Source: an uncultured Sphingopyxis sp. (GTDB lineage: Bacteria; Pseudomonadota; Alphaproteobacteria; Sphingomonadales; Sphingomonadaceae). From it: DNA of 64,000 bases. The DNA lies in NCBI GenBank assembly GCA_964426485.1, contig CAYRQX010000015.1:7899-71898 (forward strand), given 5' to 3'. Both the position numbers and the translations under genes were made by a program. A model generated the notes under the pieces. It had not been told where the DNA came from. It searched no databases and saw only the letters and a program-made list of their open reading frames with translations. This document shows positions 28,265 to 37,812 of the stretch, in pieces. The stretch's first letter is position 1. The number at the start of each line of letters is the position of its first letter.

Positions 28265-28312
28265 GGGGCGAGGCCGCTTGCGGCGGGGCGCCGCCGCAGC
28301 CATAGCGGGCGG

Positions 28313-29029
28313 ATGTCCGCCGCCACGACTTTCGATTTTGCAGGCCAGTCGTTTCAGATGCTGGCCGACCGGGCGCTGTTCTGGCCGCGTCACGGGGCGT
28401 TGATCGTCGCCGACCTGCATCTGGAAAAAGCGAGCTGGTACGCCGCGTTCGGCCAACCGCTGCCGCCCTATGACAGCCACGACACGCTCGATCGGCTCGC
28501 GACGCTTGCGACCGAGACCGGCGCGCGGACGATCTGGTGCCTCGGCGACAGTTTTCACGATCGGGGCGCGGCGGAGCGTATCGTCCCCGCAGTCGCCGAA
28601 CGCCTGTTCGGGCAAGCGGCGTCGGCGAAACTGCTGTGGATCGCGGGCAATCACGACGGACTGACCGGCGGCGCGTGGGGCGGCGAAGTCGCCGACGAAC
28701 TGCTGATCGACGGCATCGTCTTTCGCCACCAAAGCCTGGCCAGCGAAACGCGGCCGGAAATTTCGGGGCATTTCCATCCGAAATTGCGGCTCAATATCCG
28801 TGGTCGTTCGGTGTCGCGCCCCTGTTTCGCGGGCGACGCGCAGCGCCTGATTCTGCCCGCCTTCGGTGCGCTGACGGGCGGGCTCGCGGTCGACGACGCG
28901 GTCATTGCCGCGAATTTTGCCGGCGCATATGAAGCGATGCTGGTCGCGCGCGGCCGCCGGCTCTGCTTTCCGTGCCCCGGCCGAGGCGCCGATGACGCTA
29001 CGGCAAGCCGCGCGGTTGCCGCTCGCTAG
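28313..29029 (+). CDS. pdeM: Metallophosphoesterase/endonuclease (PdeM/MPE)
   Basis: ADLHLEK, CLGDSFH, GNHD, SGHFHP, LPAFG; linked to Lhr. Confidence 0.88.
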   Translation: MSAATTFDFAGQSFQMLADRALFWPRHGALIVADLHLEKASWYAAFGQPLPPYDSHDTLDRLATLATETGARTIWCLGDSFHDRGAAERIVPAVAERLFGQAASAKLLWIAGNHDGLTGGAWGGEVADELLIDGIVFRHQSLASETRPEISGHFHPKLRLNIRGRSVSRPCFAGDAQRLILPAFGALTGGLAVDDAVIAANFAGAYEAMLVARGRRLCFPCPGRGADDATASRAVAAR

Positions 29030-29188
29030 CGGCTAAGCCACGTCGAAGAGGCGATTTTCTGCCTGTGGCCAAAAAGCATCACCCGACCAAAAACGACGGT
29101 AATACGGGCCTTGCGCTGGATTGGCTGCGCAATTGAGTTATGCTCTCCCGGCAACAAAAATAAATAAATGTTGAGAGGAGTGCCCGAT

Positions 29189-32005
29189 ATGAAATCATCT
29201 TCCCTTCGTGCTGCCCGTTTTTTGCGCACCAGCGCCCTCGGCGTATCGCTTGCCATCGCTGCCGTCGCCGCACCGGCCTATGCGCAGGATGCGCCGGCCG
29301 ACACCGCAACCGACGACAGCGACGACACCCCGATCATCGTCACCGCGCAGGGCCGTTCGCAGCTGCTATCTGACGTCCCCGTCGCCATTTCGGCAGTCAG
29401 CGCCGAAACGCTGCAAAACAGCGGCGCGAACGACATTCGCCAGCTGAACCAAGTCGCGCCGTCGCTGCTCGTTTCGTCGACCGGTTCGGAAGCCAATGGT
29501 TCGGCGCGTATCCGCGGCATCGGTACGGTCGGTGACAATCCCGGCCTCGAAAGCTCGGTTCCTGTCTTCATCGACGGCGTTTATCGCTCGCGTTCGGGCA
29601 TCGGCCTCAACGAACTGGGCGAACTCGACCGGATCGAGGTCCAGCGCGGCCCGCAGGGCACGCTCGGCGGGCGCAACTCGTCGGCGGGCCTCATCAGCAT
29701 TTATTCGAAGAAGCCCGATTTCAACTTTGGTGCCACCGGCGAAGTGACCTATGGCAATTATGATTATTGGCGCCTCGGCGGCAGCGTCACCGGCCCGATC
29801 GGCGAGACGCTCGCCGCGCGGCTCGACGGCGTCTGGGTCAAGCGCGACGGTTTCTACAACGACACTGCGAACAACCGCGACGTCAACAACCGCGACCGCT
29901 ATTTCCTACGCGGACAATTGCTGTTCGAACCGACCGATGCGCTGTCGGTCCGCCTGATCGCCGACTATACGTCGCGCGACGAGGAATGCTGCGCGGCAAC
30001 CTATGTCGGCCCGACGGTCAATCCCTATATCGGCAATCTCAACACGCCGAGCCCCGCCAATGCGCCGACCGCGACGACGAACAACATCATCCGCGTGCTC
30101 GCCGATCTCGGCCAGCCGCTGTCGGCGTTCAACCAGGGTTACAGCCGCGATATCTCGGTCACCCCGGGGCGTAGCTTCGCCGGCAAGACCAAGGATTACG
30201 GCTTTTCGGGGCAGATCGATTATGATTTCGGCGGCGCGACGCTGACCTCGATCACCGCCTATCGCGAATATCGGTCGAGCCAGGCTGGCGACGTCGATTA
30301 TGGCGCGGTCGATATCCTCTATCGCGCGCCCGACGCCGACGCTTATCGCCAGTTCCACACCTTTACGCAGGAACTGCGCCTGCAGGGCGAAGCGTTTGAC
30401 GGCAAGCTCGACTGGCTCGTCGGCGGCTTCTACGCGGATGAAAAGCTGCGGGTGCGCGACAATCTGCGCTTCGGTGAGGATTATGGCCGGTTCGCGGCAT
30501 GCCGCCTCATCACCGGCACGCCGCTGGCGGGCCTATATTCGCCGACAAACCCGTCATGCATCATTCCCGGCGTCGGCCCGGCGACGATCGCCGCTGCAAA
30601 CGGTCCGTCCGGCCCGGATATCGTCGCGGCGCTGACCGCGCTCGACGGCCTGAGCGATCTCGGCAGCATCAACGACGTCTATCGCCAGAATGGCAAGAAT
30701 TGGGCGTTGTTCACGCACAATATCCTCCACATCACCGACAAACTCGATTTTACCTTCGGTGTCCGTTACACGAACGACAAGAAGAAATTCTCGGCGACGT
30801 TCACCAACGACAATACGGTGTGTACGACGGTTCAGGGTCTGGTGCTCGACGATGCGGCGCAGCCCGATATTCCAGGCACCGCCGACAATTTGGCGCGCGC
30901 CGTCGCGGGCGGCCTGATCGGCCTCGCCTGTCAGGGCAATTCGACCGCCGAGCTCAACAATGTGTCGATCAACGACCAGCGCAGCGAGGACGAATGGACC
31001 GGCACCGCGATCCTTTCGTACAAGCCGATCGACGACCTGATGGTCTATGCAAGCTATTCGCGCGGCTACAAAGCGGGCGGCTTCAACCTCGACCGCTCGG
31101 CGCTGAAATCGCCGATCCTGCCCTTCGCGGCGGCCGGCGGAGCCCAGGCGCTGGTCAGCAATCTGCAGTTCGATCCGGAAAAGGTCGACAGCTATGAAAT
31201 CGGCGCCAAATATGCGACCGGCCCGTTCGGCCTTGGCCTGACCTTCTTCCGGTCGGATTTCTCGAGCTTCCAGCTCAACACGTTCAACGGCACGGTCTTT
31301 CTTGTCCAGAACATCAACGGCTGCGACAGCGACCTGAACGGCGGCGACCGCGACCAGAGCAAGTTCACCGGAGCCCCGAACTTCAACGCGGCCGCGGGAT
31401 CGACCGGTGCCTGCGCCGCCGACGACGTCAGCCACGGCGTCCGGTCGCAGGGCTTCGAACTCGAAGCCTCGCTCGTCCCGGCGCGCGACTTCCGTATGAC
31501 CGCGGGCCTGACATATGCGCAGACCAAATATCGGGGACAGCTGGTCGGCAACAATTCCGGCGCGCCCCTCGATCAGGCGCTGCGCCTGCTGCCCGGCAAC
31601 AATCTGTCGAACGCGCCCGAACTGGTCGCGACCGGCAGCGTCGCCTGGACGCCCGACATTGGCAGCGGCGGCCTTTCCGGACTCGTCTATTTCGATGGCC
31701 GTATGACCAGCGATTACAACACCGGGTCCGACCTGTTCCCGCAAAAGGCGCAGGACGGCTTCGCACTGTTCAACGCGCGCATCGGCATTCGCGGTCCCGA
31801 CGAGAAGTGGGGCATCGAATTCTGGGGGCAGAATATCTTCAACAAGCAATATGCCCAGGTCGCGTTCAACTCCCCGTTCCAGGAAGGCGGCACCTCGGCG
31901 ACCACCGCCTTCGCCGACCCGCAATATCCGGGCGGCCGCCAGATCTTCTCGCAGTTCCTTGCCGAGCCGCGGACCTATGGCGTGACGCTGCGCGGCAAAT
32001 TCTAA
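29189..32005 (+). CDS. TonB-dependent receptor (paralog 1)
   Basis: Signal peptide, IIVTAQ TonB box, plug motif EVQRGPQGTLGGRN, GYKAGGFN, C-terminal PRTYGVTLRGKF; GAGAGGAG RBS. Confidence 0.95.
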   Translation: MKSSSLRAARFLRTSALGVSLAIAAVAAPAYAQDAPADTATDDSDDTPIIVTAQGRSQLLSDVPVAISAVSAETLQNSGANDIRQLNQVAPSLLVSSTGSEANGSARIRGIGTVGDNPGLESSVPVFIDGVYRSRSGIGLNELGELDRIEVQRGPQGTLGGRNSSAGLISIYSKKPDFNFGATGEVTYGNYDYWRLGGSVTGPIGETLAARLDGVWVKRDGFYNDTANNRDVNNRDRYFLRGQLLFEPTDALSVRLIADYTSRDEECCAATYVGPTVNPYIGNLNTPSPANAPTATTNNIIRVLADLGQPLSAFNQGYSRDISVTPGRSFAGKTKDYGFSGQIDYDFGGATLTSITAYREYRSSQAGDVDYGAVDILYRAPDADAYRQFHTFTQELRLQGEAFDGKLDWLVGGFYADEKLRVRDNLRFGEDYGRFAACRLITGTPLAGLYSPTNPSCIIPGVGPATIAAANGPSGPDIVAALTALDGLSDLGSINDVYRQNGKNWALFTHNILHITDKLDFTFGVRYTNDKKKFSATFTNDNTVCTTVQGLVLDDAAQPDIPGTADNLARAVAGGLIGLACQGNSTAELNNVSINDQRSEDEWTGTAILSYKPIDDLMVYASYSRGYKAGGFNLDRSALKSPILPFAAAGGAQALVSNLQFDPEKVDSYEIGAKYATGPFGLGLTFFRSDFSSFQLNTFNGTVFLVQNINGCDSDLNGGDRDQSKFTGAPNFNAAAGSTGACAADDVSHGVRSQGFELEASLVPARDFRMTAGLTYAQTKYRGQLVGNNSGAPLDQALRLLPGNNLSNAPELVATGSVAWTPDIGSGGLSGLVYFDGRMTSDYNTGSDLFPQKAQDGFALFNARIGIRGPDEKWGIEFWGQNIFNKQYAQVAFNSPFQEGGTSATTAFADPQYPGGRQIFSQFLAEPRTYGVTLRGKF

Positions 32006-32029
32006 GCACCGGCGAATACAGGACTATCG

Positions 32030-32063
32030 GGGGCGGAGCACAGGCTGTTCCGCCCCCTTTCTT
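32030..32063 (+). terminator. Rho-independent terminator after TBDR1
   Basis: GGGGCGGAG...TTCCGCCCC stem followed by TTTCTTT. Confidence 0.75.
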
Positions 32064-32242
32064 TGCCAGGGCCAAGTCAACCCGTCACATCCGACAGCTG
32101 TGACATAAATGACGCGGCGCGCCGGACAAATATGTTGTGGAAAGGGCTTGCGCTGGCTTGGCGCGGCCCGGTCATGATAGGCTGCCGCTCAAATAGAATA
32201 TCGTGACGCTCTCCCGCGAAAAACACCTGTGGAGGAGGGCCC

Positions 32243-35053
32243 ATGACCATGAAAGACCGTTCGCGCCATATCCGCCTGCTGCGTAGCTGCGCCGCGGGCC
32301 TGCCGATTGTCCTTGCCCTGTGGGCCGTGCCTGCCACGGCGCAGGATCCGGGCGCCCAGCAAAACGACGAGACGATCATCGTGACCGCGACGCGGCGCAG
32401 CGAGGCGCTGTCCGACGTCCCGATCGCGGTCTCCGCGGTCACCGGCGAGACGCTGGAAAAGACCGGCGCGACCGACGTGCGCGCGCTGGGACAGGTCGCG
32501 CCGTCGCTGCTGGTGTCGGGCGCGACGAGCGAGGTCAATTTTTCGGCGCGCATCCGCGGCATCGGCACGGTCGGCGAGAACCCCGGCCTCGAATCGTCGG
32601 TCGGCCTGTTCATCGACGGCGTCTATCGCAGCCGCACCGGCGTCGGTCTCTCCGAACTCGGCGACATCGAGCGCGTCGAGGTGCTGCGCGGGCCGCAGGG
32701 CACGCTGTTCGGCCGCAACTCGACTGCGGGGCTGATCAACATCGTCACCAAAGGCCCCGAGCTCGGCCGCTTCGGCGCCAAGGGTTCGATATCCTATGGC
32801 AATTATGATTATTGGCGCGTCGACGGCATGATCAATGCGCCGCTGGGCGACAAGGTGGCGGCGCGCATCGACGGCGTATGGCAGAAACGCGACGGTTTCA
32901 TCGACAATGCGACGCCCGGCGAACCCGACATCAACGACCGCGACCGCTGGCTGGTGCGCGGGCAGCTGCTGTTCGAACCGAGCGAGACGATGAAATTCCG
33001 CCTGATCGCCGATTACAGCAAGCGCAACGAAAATTGCTGCGGCGGCGTCCTGCTGAACCCCGTCCGTAATCTGGCGCGCGGAGCCGACGGCTTTCCCGTC
33101 GCATCGGCGAACAGCTTGTTGCCGATCCTGCAGACACTGGGCGCGAACCATCAGGTCGCGCCGGCGGGAACGCCCTTTGTCCGGCGACAGGCGACGACGC
33201 CCGGGGTCACCTATCGCTCGGACACCAAAGACTGGGGCGTTTCGGGCGAGCTGGGCTGGGAGCTCGGCGCGGCGACATTGACCTCGATCACCGCCTATCG
33301 CGATTACCGGAATGCGCAGGGCCAGGACGCCGATTTCAGCGCGCTCGACATCCTTCGCCGGACCGACCTCGACCGCCGGTTCCGGCTGTTCACGCAGGAA
33401 GTCCGGTTGCAGGGCGAGGCGTTCGACGGGCGGCTCGACTGGCTGGTCGGCGGCTATTATGCGAACGAGAAACTCGATGTCGACGACGATATTGTTTACG
33501 GCAACAATTACGAACAATTCGCCAACTGCCTGCTCTTCGCAAGCGCGTTGCCGACTGCGGTGCTGCCGTCGAACGCGTCGTGCGTCAACGTGCCGGTGGT
33601 CCAGGGGACGATTACCGCGCTGTCGGGATTGCCCGTCGGCGACCCGCGCCGCGCCTCGATCCCGCTGCTCACGGCGCTGATCGCCAATCCGGCGCGTCCG
33701 GGCTTCGGCTCGCTGGCCGCGGCGCTCGGCCAGCCGACGCTCGCGATCAACGGCACCGGCAATCAGGGATCGACCTTTGCGCAGCGCAGCCGCAACTTTG
33801 CGGTCTTTACGCACAACAGCTTCGACATCGTTCCCGACGTGCTGACCTTCACGATCGGCGCGCGCTATACAAGCGAACGCAAGACACTGGATGCCGACGC
33901 GAATTTCAACAATGCGATATGCCCGCTGATCGTCAATTCGCCCTTCCAGTCGCTCGCGACCTTGCCCTGCGTCATCAACGGCACCGCACCCGACCTGCCG
34001 CGCGGCAGCGCGGGCACGAAGTTCAAGGATAATGAATGGACCGGGACCGCGGTGCTCAGCTGGAAACCCGCCCCCGAATGGCTGGTCTATGGATCGGCGT
34101 CGAAGGGATATAAGGCGGGCGGCTTCAACCTCGATTTCTCGGCGCTCGACCGGACGTGCAACACCGCCTTCGACACCCTGTGCGCCGCGCGGCTGGCGGC
34201 GCCCGCCAACACCTCTGGTAACGGCCGGCCCGAGGCAAGCGACCTGCAATTCGCGAGCGAAAAGGTCGATGCCTATGAACTCGGGATCAAATGGGACGGC
34301 CCCGGGATCGACGTCAATGTCGCGGCTTTCTATCAGGAATATAGCAATTACCAGCTCAACACCTTCAACGGCGTCAATTTCGAAGTCACCAATATCCAGG
34401 CGTGCAAGGACGATCTGAACGGCGCCGACGCCGACGGGTCGGCGACGACCGGCGCTTGCCCGTCCGACCGGCTGAAACCGGGCGTGCGGTCGAAGGGGGT
34501 CGAGATCGAGGCGTTCCTGCGCCCCGCGCGATATGTGGCGGTCAATATGGGGCTGACCTGGGTCGACACGCTTTATCGCCGCAATCTGGTGGGCACGGGC
34601 GGGCGGGCGCTGTCGCCGGTGCTGTTCCAGCTTCCCGGCCGCGGCGTGTCGAACGCGCCGCGCTATGTCGCGACCGCGGGGATCAGCTGGACCCCGCCGA
34701 TCGGCAGCTCGGGGATGAGCGCGCTCGTCTATCTCGACACGCGCCTGCAAAGCGACACCAACACCGGGTCCGACCTCGACGTCGAAAAGGTCCAGGACGG
34801 CTTCGCGATCTTCAACGGCCGCATCGGCCTTTATGGGCCGGAGCGGCGCTGGGGGGTCGAAATCTGGGGCCAGAATCTGTTCAACAAGACATATTACCAG
34901 ATCGGCGCCGACATGCCGTTGCAGGGTGGCGGCACCTTCCGCGCCGTCGCGGCGCCCGCTTCTTCGGGGTTGGCAGGCACCGCGAACCAGCTGTTCGTCG
35001 GCTTCCCCGGCGAACCGCGGACCTACGGCATAACGCTGCGCGGCCAGTTCTGA
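32243..35053 (+). CDS. TonB-dependent receptor (paralog 2)
   Basis: IIVTATRR, EVLRGPQGTLFGRN, GYKAGGFNLD, C-terminal PRTYGITLRGQF; GGAGGAG RBS. Confidence 0.95.
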   Translation: MTMKDRSRHIRLLRSCAAGLPIVLALWAVPATAQDPGAQQNDETIIVTATRRSEALSDVPIAVSAVTGETLEKTGATDVRALGQVAPSLLVSGATSEVNFSARIRGIGTVGENPGLESSVGLFIDGVYRSRTGVGLSELGDIERVEVLRGPQGTLFGRNSTAGLINIVTKGPELGRFGAKGSISYGNYDYWRVDGMINAPLGDKVAARIDGVWQKRDGFIDNATPGEPDINDRDRWLVRGQLLFEPSETMKFRLIADYSKRNENCCGGVLLNPVRNLARGADGFPVASANSLLPILQTLGANHQVAPAGTPFVRRQATTPGVTYRSDTKDWGVSGELGWELGAATLTSITAYRDYRNAQGQDADFSALDILRRTDLDRRFRLFTQEVRLQGEAFDGRLDWLVGGYYANEKLDVDDDIVYGNNYEQFANCLLFASALPTAVLPSNASCVNVPVVQGTITALSGLPVGDPRRASIPLLTALIANPARPGFGSLAAALGQPTLAINGTGNQGSTFAQRSRNFAVFTHNSFDIVPDVLTFTIGARYTSERKTLDADANFNNAICPLIVNSPFQSLATLPCVINGTAPDLPRGSAGTKFKDNEWTGTAVLSWKPAPEWLVYGSASKGYKAGGFNLDFSALDRTCNTAFDTLCAARLAAPANTSGNGRPEASDLQFASEKVDAYELGIKWDGPGIDVNVAAFYQEYSNYQLNTFNGVNFEVTNIQACKDDLNGADADGSATTGACPSDRLKPGVRSKGVEIEAFLRPARYVAVNMGLTWVDTLYRRNLVGTGGRALSPVLFQLPGRGVSNAPRYVATAGISWTPPIGSSGMSALVYLDTRLQSDTNTGSDLDVEKVQDGFAIFNGRIGLYGPERRWGVEIWGQNLFNKTYYQIGADMPLQGGGTFRAVAAPASSGLAGTANQLFVGFPGEPRTYGITLRGQF

Positions 35054-35057
35054 CCGT

Positions 35058-35133
35058 CTCTCCCGCTCTCCGCTTTGGGGAGGGCGTAGGGAGGGCCTGC
35101 CGCGGCCGGGCACTGTCGCGTCAGGCCCTTTCC
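35058..35133. repeat. Degenerate REP-like hairpins (CTCTCCC...GGGAGGG type)
   Basis: GCTCTCC-GCTTT-GGGGAGGGC plus GGAGGGCCTG...CAGGCCCTTTCC. Confidence 0.35.
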
Positions 35134-35407
35134 TTTTCCGGCCCTTTCCTCTTCCGATTGTGTGGACGAGGAGCCCGAAACCGAGCCGACCCCAGAAGCA
35201 GAATCCGCCGCAATGACGATCTGACGCGACGGCGAAAACGGCGATGGGCGCCCCAATTTCCCGCCGCCGCAAGACTATGTCGGCATCGAGGAAGGTCCGT
35301 TCGCTGACGAGGACTATGCACGCGCGCTCGACGTCACCGAGGAAGCGGCTTGGAAGCTGCGGATGACCTTTGGCAAGTTGTTAAAACCATTGCCGTAAAG
35401 CCGAAAC

Positions 35408-36040
35408 ATGCCCGCCCACAATGGCACGATTGCAGGGGAAAGAGCCTCCTTGCTCGCACGCTTTCGCCGCGAGCCGGTGGGTCTCGTCTATTCGCGTGCA
35501 CCAGGCGGCGAGGGGCGGCTGATCAGCGAGGAGGAGGCTGTCGCGCTGCTCGTGGAGTTTGACCTGATGTCGCACGTCCACGCACGCCGCTTTTCATATT
35601 CGGTTTGGATCGCTGTGATAGGGTTTCCGCTCTTTATCGGCGCGGGTATGACCCTCACGCCACTATTCGGACTTGCGGCGTTGGTATCGTTTGTCGGATG
35701 GTTCATCGTCGCGCTCGTTCAGCGGCTGCAACGGGCGCGGTTCGTTTCCCGCATATGGTCGCGGCTCGACCGCAACCCACCCGTGCGGGCACTCTCGCGA
35801 TCGGAGAAGCTTGCACGCGGTTTCACAATCCCGTGGTGGCAAACCGCGCTCATTTTATTGACCGTCGGCCCCTTTGCCTTGTTCGTTCAGGCGCCAAAAA
35901 ACGCCCTGCCTCAACCTTGGCGCGAGTGGCAGACGATTGCCATCGCTTTCGTCTTTGTAGCTGTCATCGTCATATTGGCAGTGCATGGCGTCCGGTGGTT
36001 GCTTCACCGTACCACGGACAGGCCGTCGGGACGGCGATAA
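35408..36040 (+). CDS. Orphan four-TM membrane protein
   Basis: 210 aa with two pairs of TM helices; many A/T-ending codons; start uncertain. Confidence 0.6.
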   Translation: MPAHNGTIAGERASLLARFRREPVGLVYSRAPGGEGRLISEEEAVALLVEFDLMSHVHARRFSYSVWIAVIGFPLFIGAGMTLTPLFGLAALVSFVGWFIVALVQRLQRARFVSRIWSRLDRNPPVRALSRSEKLARGFTIPWWQTALILLTVGPFALFVQAPKNALPQPWREWQTIAIAFVFVAVIVILAVHGVRWLLHRTTDRPSGRR

Positions 36041-36115
36041 CCCGCTGCCCGCCAGCAGCGTCTGCTAATCGGTGGAAGGCTGCCCCCTCAACTGACTCGG
36101 GACCGTCACTCCATC

Positions 36116-36742
36116 CTACACCGCCACGCGCGCCGCGCCATATTCGTACCAGCCGAACGGCCGCGGGGTTTTCGGGATATAGGCGGCGGCTTGCCGGTCG
36201 ACGGCAAAGCCCGCCTTTTCATAGGCATCGGCGATCGGCCGGGTCAGGTGGCAATTGCCGCCGATGCGCCTCCACACCGGTTCGATCCGCCGCTGCCATT
36301 TCGCGACCGCGGCGTCGGGCGCGGCGCCATGCTCCAGAAACAGCGCGGTCCCGCCGGGTTTCAGCACGCGGCGGATCTCGCTCAGCACCGCCGCCTGATC
36401 GTCCACCGAGCACAAGGTAAATGTCGTCACCACCGTATCGAACGACCCGCTCGCGAACGGCATGGCCTCGCCGATCCCTTCGCGGATATCGGCCTCGATC
36501 CCGCGCGCCGCCGCCGCCGCGACGCTCATCGCGAGCAGTTCGGGCGACGGATCGAGCCCGCTGAAACTCTCGATCTGCCCCGGCCGGTAAAATTCCATGT
36601 TGATCCCGCCGCCGCAGCCAAGCTCGAGCACATGGCCGCGCGCGTGCGGCACGACCTTGCTGCGCACCTTCATGATCTGCCCCTGCGAACAGGCGCATTT
36701 GATCAGCCGCGGCACCCCATGACGTTCCCACCAGCTTGCCAT
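36116..36742 (-). CDS. Class I SAM-dependent methyltransferase
   Basis: VLELGCGGG, FDTVVTTFTLCSV, RVLKPGG..LFLEHG, GNCHLTR. Confidence 0.92.
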   Translation of the reverse strand: MASWWERHGVPRLIKCACSQGQIMKVRSKVVPHARGHVLELGCGGGINMEFYRPGQIESFSGLDPSPELLAMSVAAAAARGIEADIREGIGEAMPFASGSFDTVVTTFTLCSVDDQAAVLSEIRRVLKPGGTALFLEHGAAPDAAVAKWQRRIEPVWRRIGGNCHLTRPIADAYEKAGFAVDRQAAAYIPKTPRPFGWYEYGAARVAV

Positions 36743-36836
36743 TTGCCAGTCTCCCCTTGGCGCGGAAGGTGACCCTTGCTAGCGCGGTTGGCAACACCCA
36801 TTTGTGCTTGTCCGCACAGCTCTTTGAAAGACCGTC

Positions 36837-37802
36837 ATGCCCAGCGTTCACCACACCAAGATGCTCATCCTCGGCTCCGGCCCGGCCGGCCTGTCGGCCG
36901 CCATTTATGCCGCGCGCGCGGGCATGATGCCGATCGTCGTGCAGGGGCTGCAACCCGGCGGCCAGTTGACGATCACCACCGACGTCGAAAACTACCCCGG
37001 TTTTGCCGAGGTGGTGCAGGGCCCCTGGCTGATGGAACAGATGACGGCGCAGGCGATGCATGTCGGCACCAGCATGATCTGGGACACGATCGTCGATGTC
37101 GACCTGTCGCGCCGCCCGTTCAAGCTGACCGGCGACGGCGGCGACGTCTATATGGCCGAAACGCTGGTGATCGCGACGGGCGCGCAGGCGAAATGGCTCG
37201 GCGTTCCGGGCGAGCAGGAACTGGGCGGCAAGGGCGTGTCGGCGTGCGCGACGTGCGACGGTTTCTTCTATCGCGGCAAAAAGGTCGTCGTGATCGGCGG
37301 CGGCAACCCCGCTGTTGAGGAGGAGCTCTACCTCACCAACCACAGCGAAGACGTGACTTTGATCCACCGCCGCGACCATCTGCGTGCCGAAAAGATCCTG
37401 CAGGATCGGTTGCTGGTCAACCCGAAGATCAAGGTTCTTTGGAACAAGCGCGTCGATCGTTTCGTCGCGGGCGAAGGCGTGTCGGGGCTCGTCGGCGTCG
37501 ACCTGATCGACACCGTCACCGGCGAGGCGAGCTTTGAGCCCACCGACGGCGGTTTCGTCGCGATCGGGCACAGCCCGTCGACCGAGCTGTTCAAGGGCAA
37601 GCTGCCGCTCGACGCCGACGGCTATCTGGAAGTGACGCCGGGCACGTCGTTGACCTCGATTCCGGGCGTGTTCGCGGCGGGCGATGTGACCGACAAGATC
37701 TATCGTCAGGCGGTGACCGCGGCGGGTATGGGCTGCATGGCGGCGCTGGATGCCGAGCGGTTTTTGGCTGAGGCGGAGTATCACGCGATGGCGGACGCCT
37801 GA
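36837..37802 (+). CDS. trxB: Thioredoxin-disulfide reductase
   Basis: GSGPAGLSAA, GGQLTITTDVENYPG, SACATCDGFF, HRRD, FAAGDV..YRQAVTAAG. Confidence 0.96.
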   Translation: MPSVHHTKMLILGSGPAGLSAAIYAARAGMMPIVVQGLQPGGQLTITTDVENYPGFAEVVQGPWLMEQMTAQAMHVGTSMIWDTIVDVDLSRRPFKLTGDGGDVYMAETLVIATGAQAKWLGVPGEQELGGKGVSACATCDGFFYRGKKVVVIGGGNPAVEEELYLTNHSEDVTLIHRRDHLRAEKILQDRLLVNPKIKVLWNKRVDRFVAGEGVSGLVGVDLIDTVTGEASFEPTDGGFVAIGHSPSTELFKGKLPLDADGYLEVTPGTSLTSIPGVFAAGDVTDKIYRQAVTAAGMGCMAALDAERFLAEAEYHAMADA

Positions 37803-37812
37803 GGCGACACTG

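Noticed and set aside
32189-35272. 1027-aa minus-strand ORF and similar long ORFs (4923-6869, 6947-8665, 21545-23782, 25733-27160, 55103-56560)
   Set aside because: Antisense shadows of well-supported genes; high-GC codon bias suppresses stops on the opposite strand, and they show no recognisable motifs.
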